64,000 bases of DNA from Azolla caroliniana (taxonomy: Eukaryota; Plantae; Polypodiophyta). The position numbers were made by a program, and so were the translations under genes. Below, piece after piece: positions 62,239-64,000 of this stretch (position 1 is the stretch's first letter; every line of letters begins with the position of its first letter). The notes beneath the pieces are model-generated. The model was not told the origin of the DNA and searched no databases. It worked only from the letters and a program-made list of their open reading frames with translations. The DNA lies in assembly GCA_043228905.1 (NCBI GenBank), contig JBHGNT010000017.1, positions 17,608,001-17,672,000 of the forward strand. Reading direction: 5' to 3'.

Positions 62239-64000
62239 TAGCAAACCATTCATCATGGAGGCCGATGCTTCAGATTTCGCCCTTGGTAGCATCCTTTCTC
62301 AACAAGGAGATAAAGAAGAGTTGCATCCGGTGGCTTTCCATTCGCGCAAAGTCGATGTTGCGGAAATCAACTACGAAATACATGACAAGGAGTTATTAGC
62401 CATCGTGGATTCATTTGTGCAATGGCGGCATTTCTTAGAGGGCTCTCCACATCAGGTTGTTGTCTTTAGTGATCATAAAAATCTTGCAAGTATTTCCAAA
62501 ACGCTCGCGTACTAAATCGACGGCAAGCTCGGTGGGCACAATTCCTCACGCGTTTCGACTTCAAAATCACATATCGACCGGGGAAGCAGCAAGGAAAAGC
62601 AGATGCACTATCATGGCGTTCATATCTTGCACCTCGTCCTGGTGATCCAACATTTGATAATCAAAAGCAAGTAATCTTGGGACCAACACGATTGCACACG
62701 ACGCAGATTTTTCACACCCCGATGGATTCACGGATTACCGATGACTTACGTGCAAACTTGAAGACAGATACTTTTGCTCAAGACATCCTGGCGCACATTG
62801 ATACTTCTCGGGCATCCTGTTCTCAGTCTCAAAAACCAGGTATTGACTACCGACAATTCGAATATCATGATGGTTTGTTATTCTTTAAAAAGCGCGTATA
62901 TGTCCCCGATTGCTCCTGTCGCCTTCAAATCATCCAGCATTGTCACGACACCCATACGGTGGGACATTTTGGTAGTACTAAGACGTTGGAGCTAGTGCAA
63001 CGATCTTTTTGGTGGCCCCACATGCGCCGTTTTGTCGACGACTACGTTCGGACCTGTGATGCTTGCTGTCGAGCAAAGATGCCACGACACCATCCATATG
63101 GCTTGTTGGAACCCTTACCCATTCCAAGTAAGCCGTGGCAGTCTATTTGTCTTGATTTTATCACAGATCGGCCGGTCTCGCAGGGGTTCGATGCTATCTT
63201 AATCGTCGTCGATTGATATACGAAGATGGCACATTTTGTTCCGTGTACGAAGGCCATCACTAGCGAGGAAACTGCCGCCCTAGTCATGCATGAGGTATTT
63301 CGGCATCATGGCCTCCCAGACAGTATCATCAGTGACCGAGGACCACAATTTGTCTCCAAATATTGGCAGCATCTCTTCAAGATGCTCAAGGTCTCTTGCA
63401 ACCTCTCCTCCGACTACCATCCTCAGACCGATGGGCAGGCAAAATGAACAAACCAAACGCTAGAGCAATATATCTGGTGTTTCCTAAGTTATCAACAGGA
63501 CGATTGGGCCGAGATTCTCCATTTTGCGGAGTTTGCGTATAATAATGTTGTTCACTCCTCGACTCGAGTCTCCCCATTCTACGCTTATACCGGTTCTCAT
63601 CCTCGCTGGTCGGTGATCGACACCCCGGAGCTACCTACCAATCCTCGTGCCGGGGATCATTTGGAGAGACTACGCAAGATTCAGACAGATCTCTCGACTC
63701 ATCTTCGTCATGCTCAACAGACACAGAAGACTTACGCGGATCGTCATCGGCTTCCCTCGTCTTTTGCCAACGAGGATCGAGTATGGCTCTTACGTCGTCA
63801 CATCAAGACTACTCGACCGTGCGACAAGATGGATTATCGACGACTCGGTCCTTTCCGTATTTCGGGTAAAGTTAATGATGTCACATTCCGCCTTGATCTC
63901 CCTCCGCAGCTTCAGATACATCCGGTTTTCGTTCTCTTCTTGAACCTTATAAAGCAAACACCATTCCCGATCGTGTTACACCGTCGCCGCCCCCGCTGGA
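62239..64000 (+). pseudogene. pol: G pol segment 2 (RNase H, integrase)
   Basis: EADASD, HHCC, SDRGPQF, LGPF; stops and frameshifts. Confidence 0.92.

Larger units (their letters stand above)
53562..64000 (+). mobile_element. Ty3/Gypsy chromovirus G (D-related), degenerate; runs off the window
   Basis: 5' LTR 53562-53988; gag 54062-55223; pol 55211-56799 and 62239-64000, closely similar to D. Confidence 0.93.

Overview
This is eukaryotic, gene-free, retrotransposon-dense plant DNA. The mix of Met-primed Copia elements, self-priming Tcn1/Tf1-like chromoviruses and a tRNA-Trp-primed Gypsy suggests a non-seed plant such as a fern or lycophyte (inference). Bases 1-38900 are one nested stack. An L1-like LINE on the minus strand is split by Copia A and by chromovirus B (3897-37498). 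B contains Trp-primed Gypsy C (which holds a solo LTR, the young chromovirus D and the 5'-truncated relative E), a Copia-type solo LTR, and Athila-like Gypsy F with a ~950-codon extra 3' ORF. Bases 39000-50100 are AT-rich, with four short LINE 3' ends chained through microsatellites and some LTR remnants. Bases 50170-64000 are a second stack: Copia I > chromovirus G > near-intact Copia H. The most striking signal is that four different Gypsy LTRs from two lineages each carry an antisense tRNA-like A/B-box module ~115-180 bp upstream of their TATA box. Also notable are co-varying self-priming sites, conserved -1 frameshift/pseudoknot signals, heat-shock elements in Gypsy LTRs and ACG(C/G) target preference. 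Coordinates and mismatch counts were read by eye.
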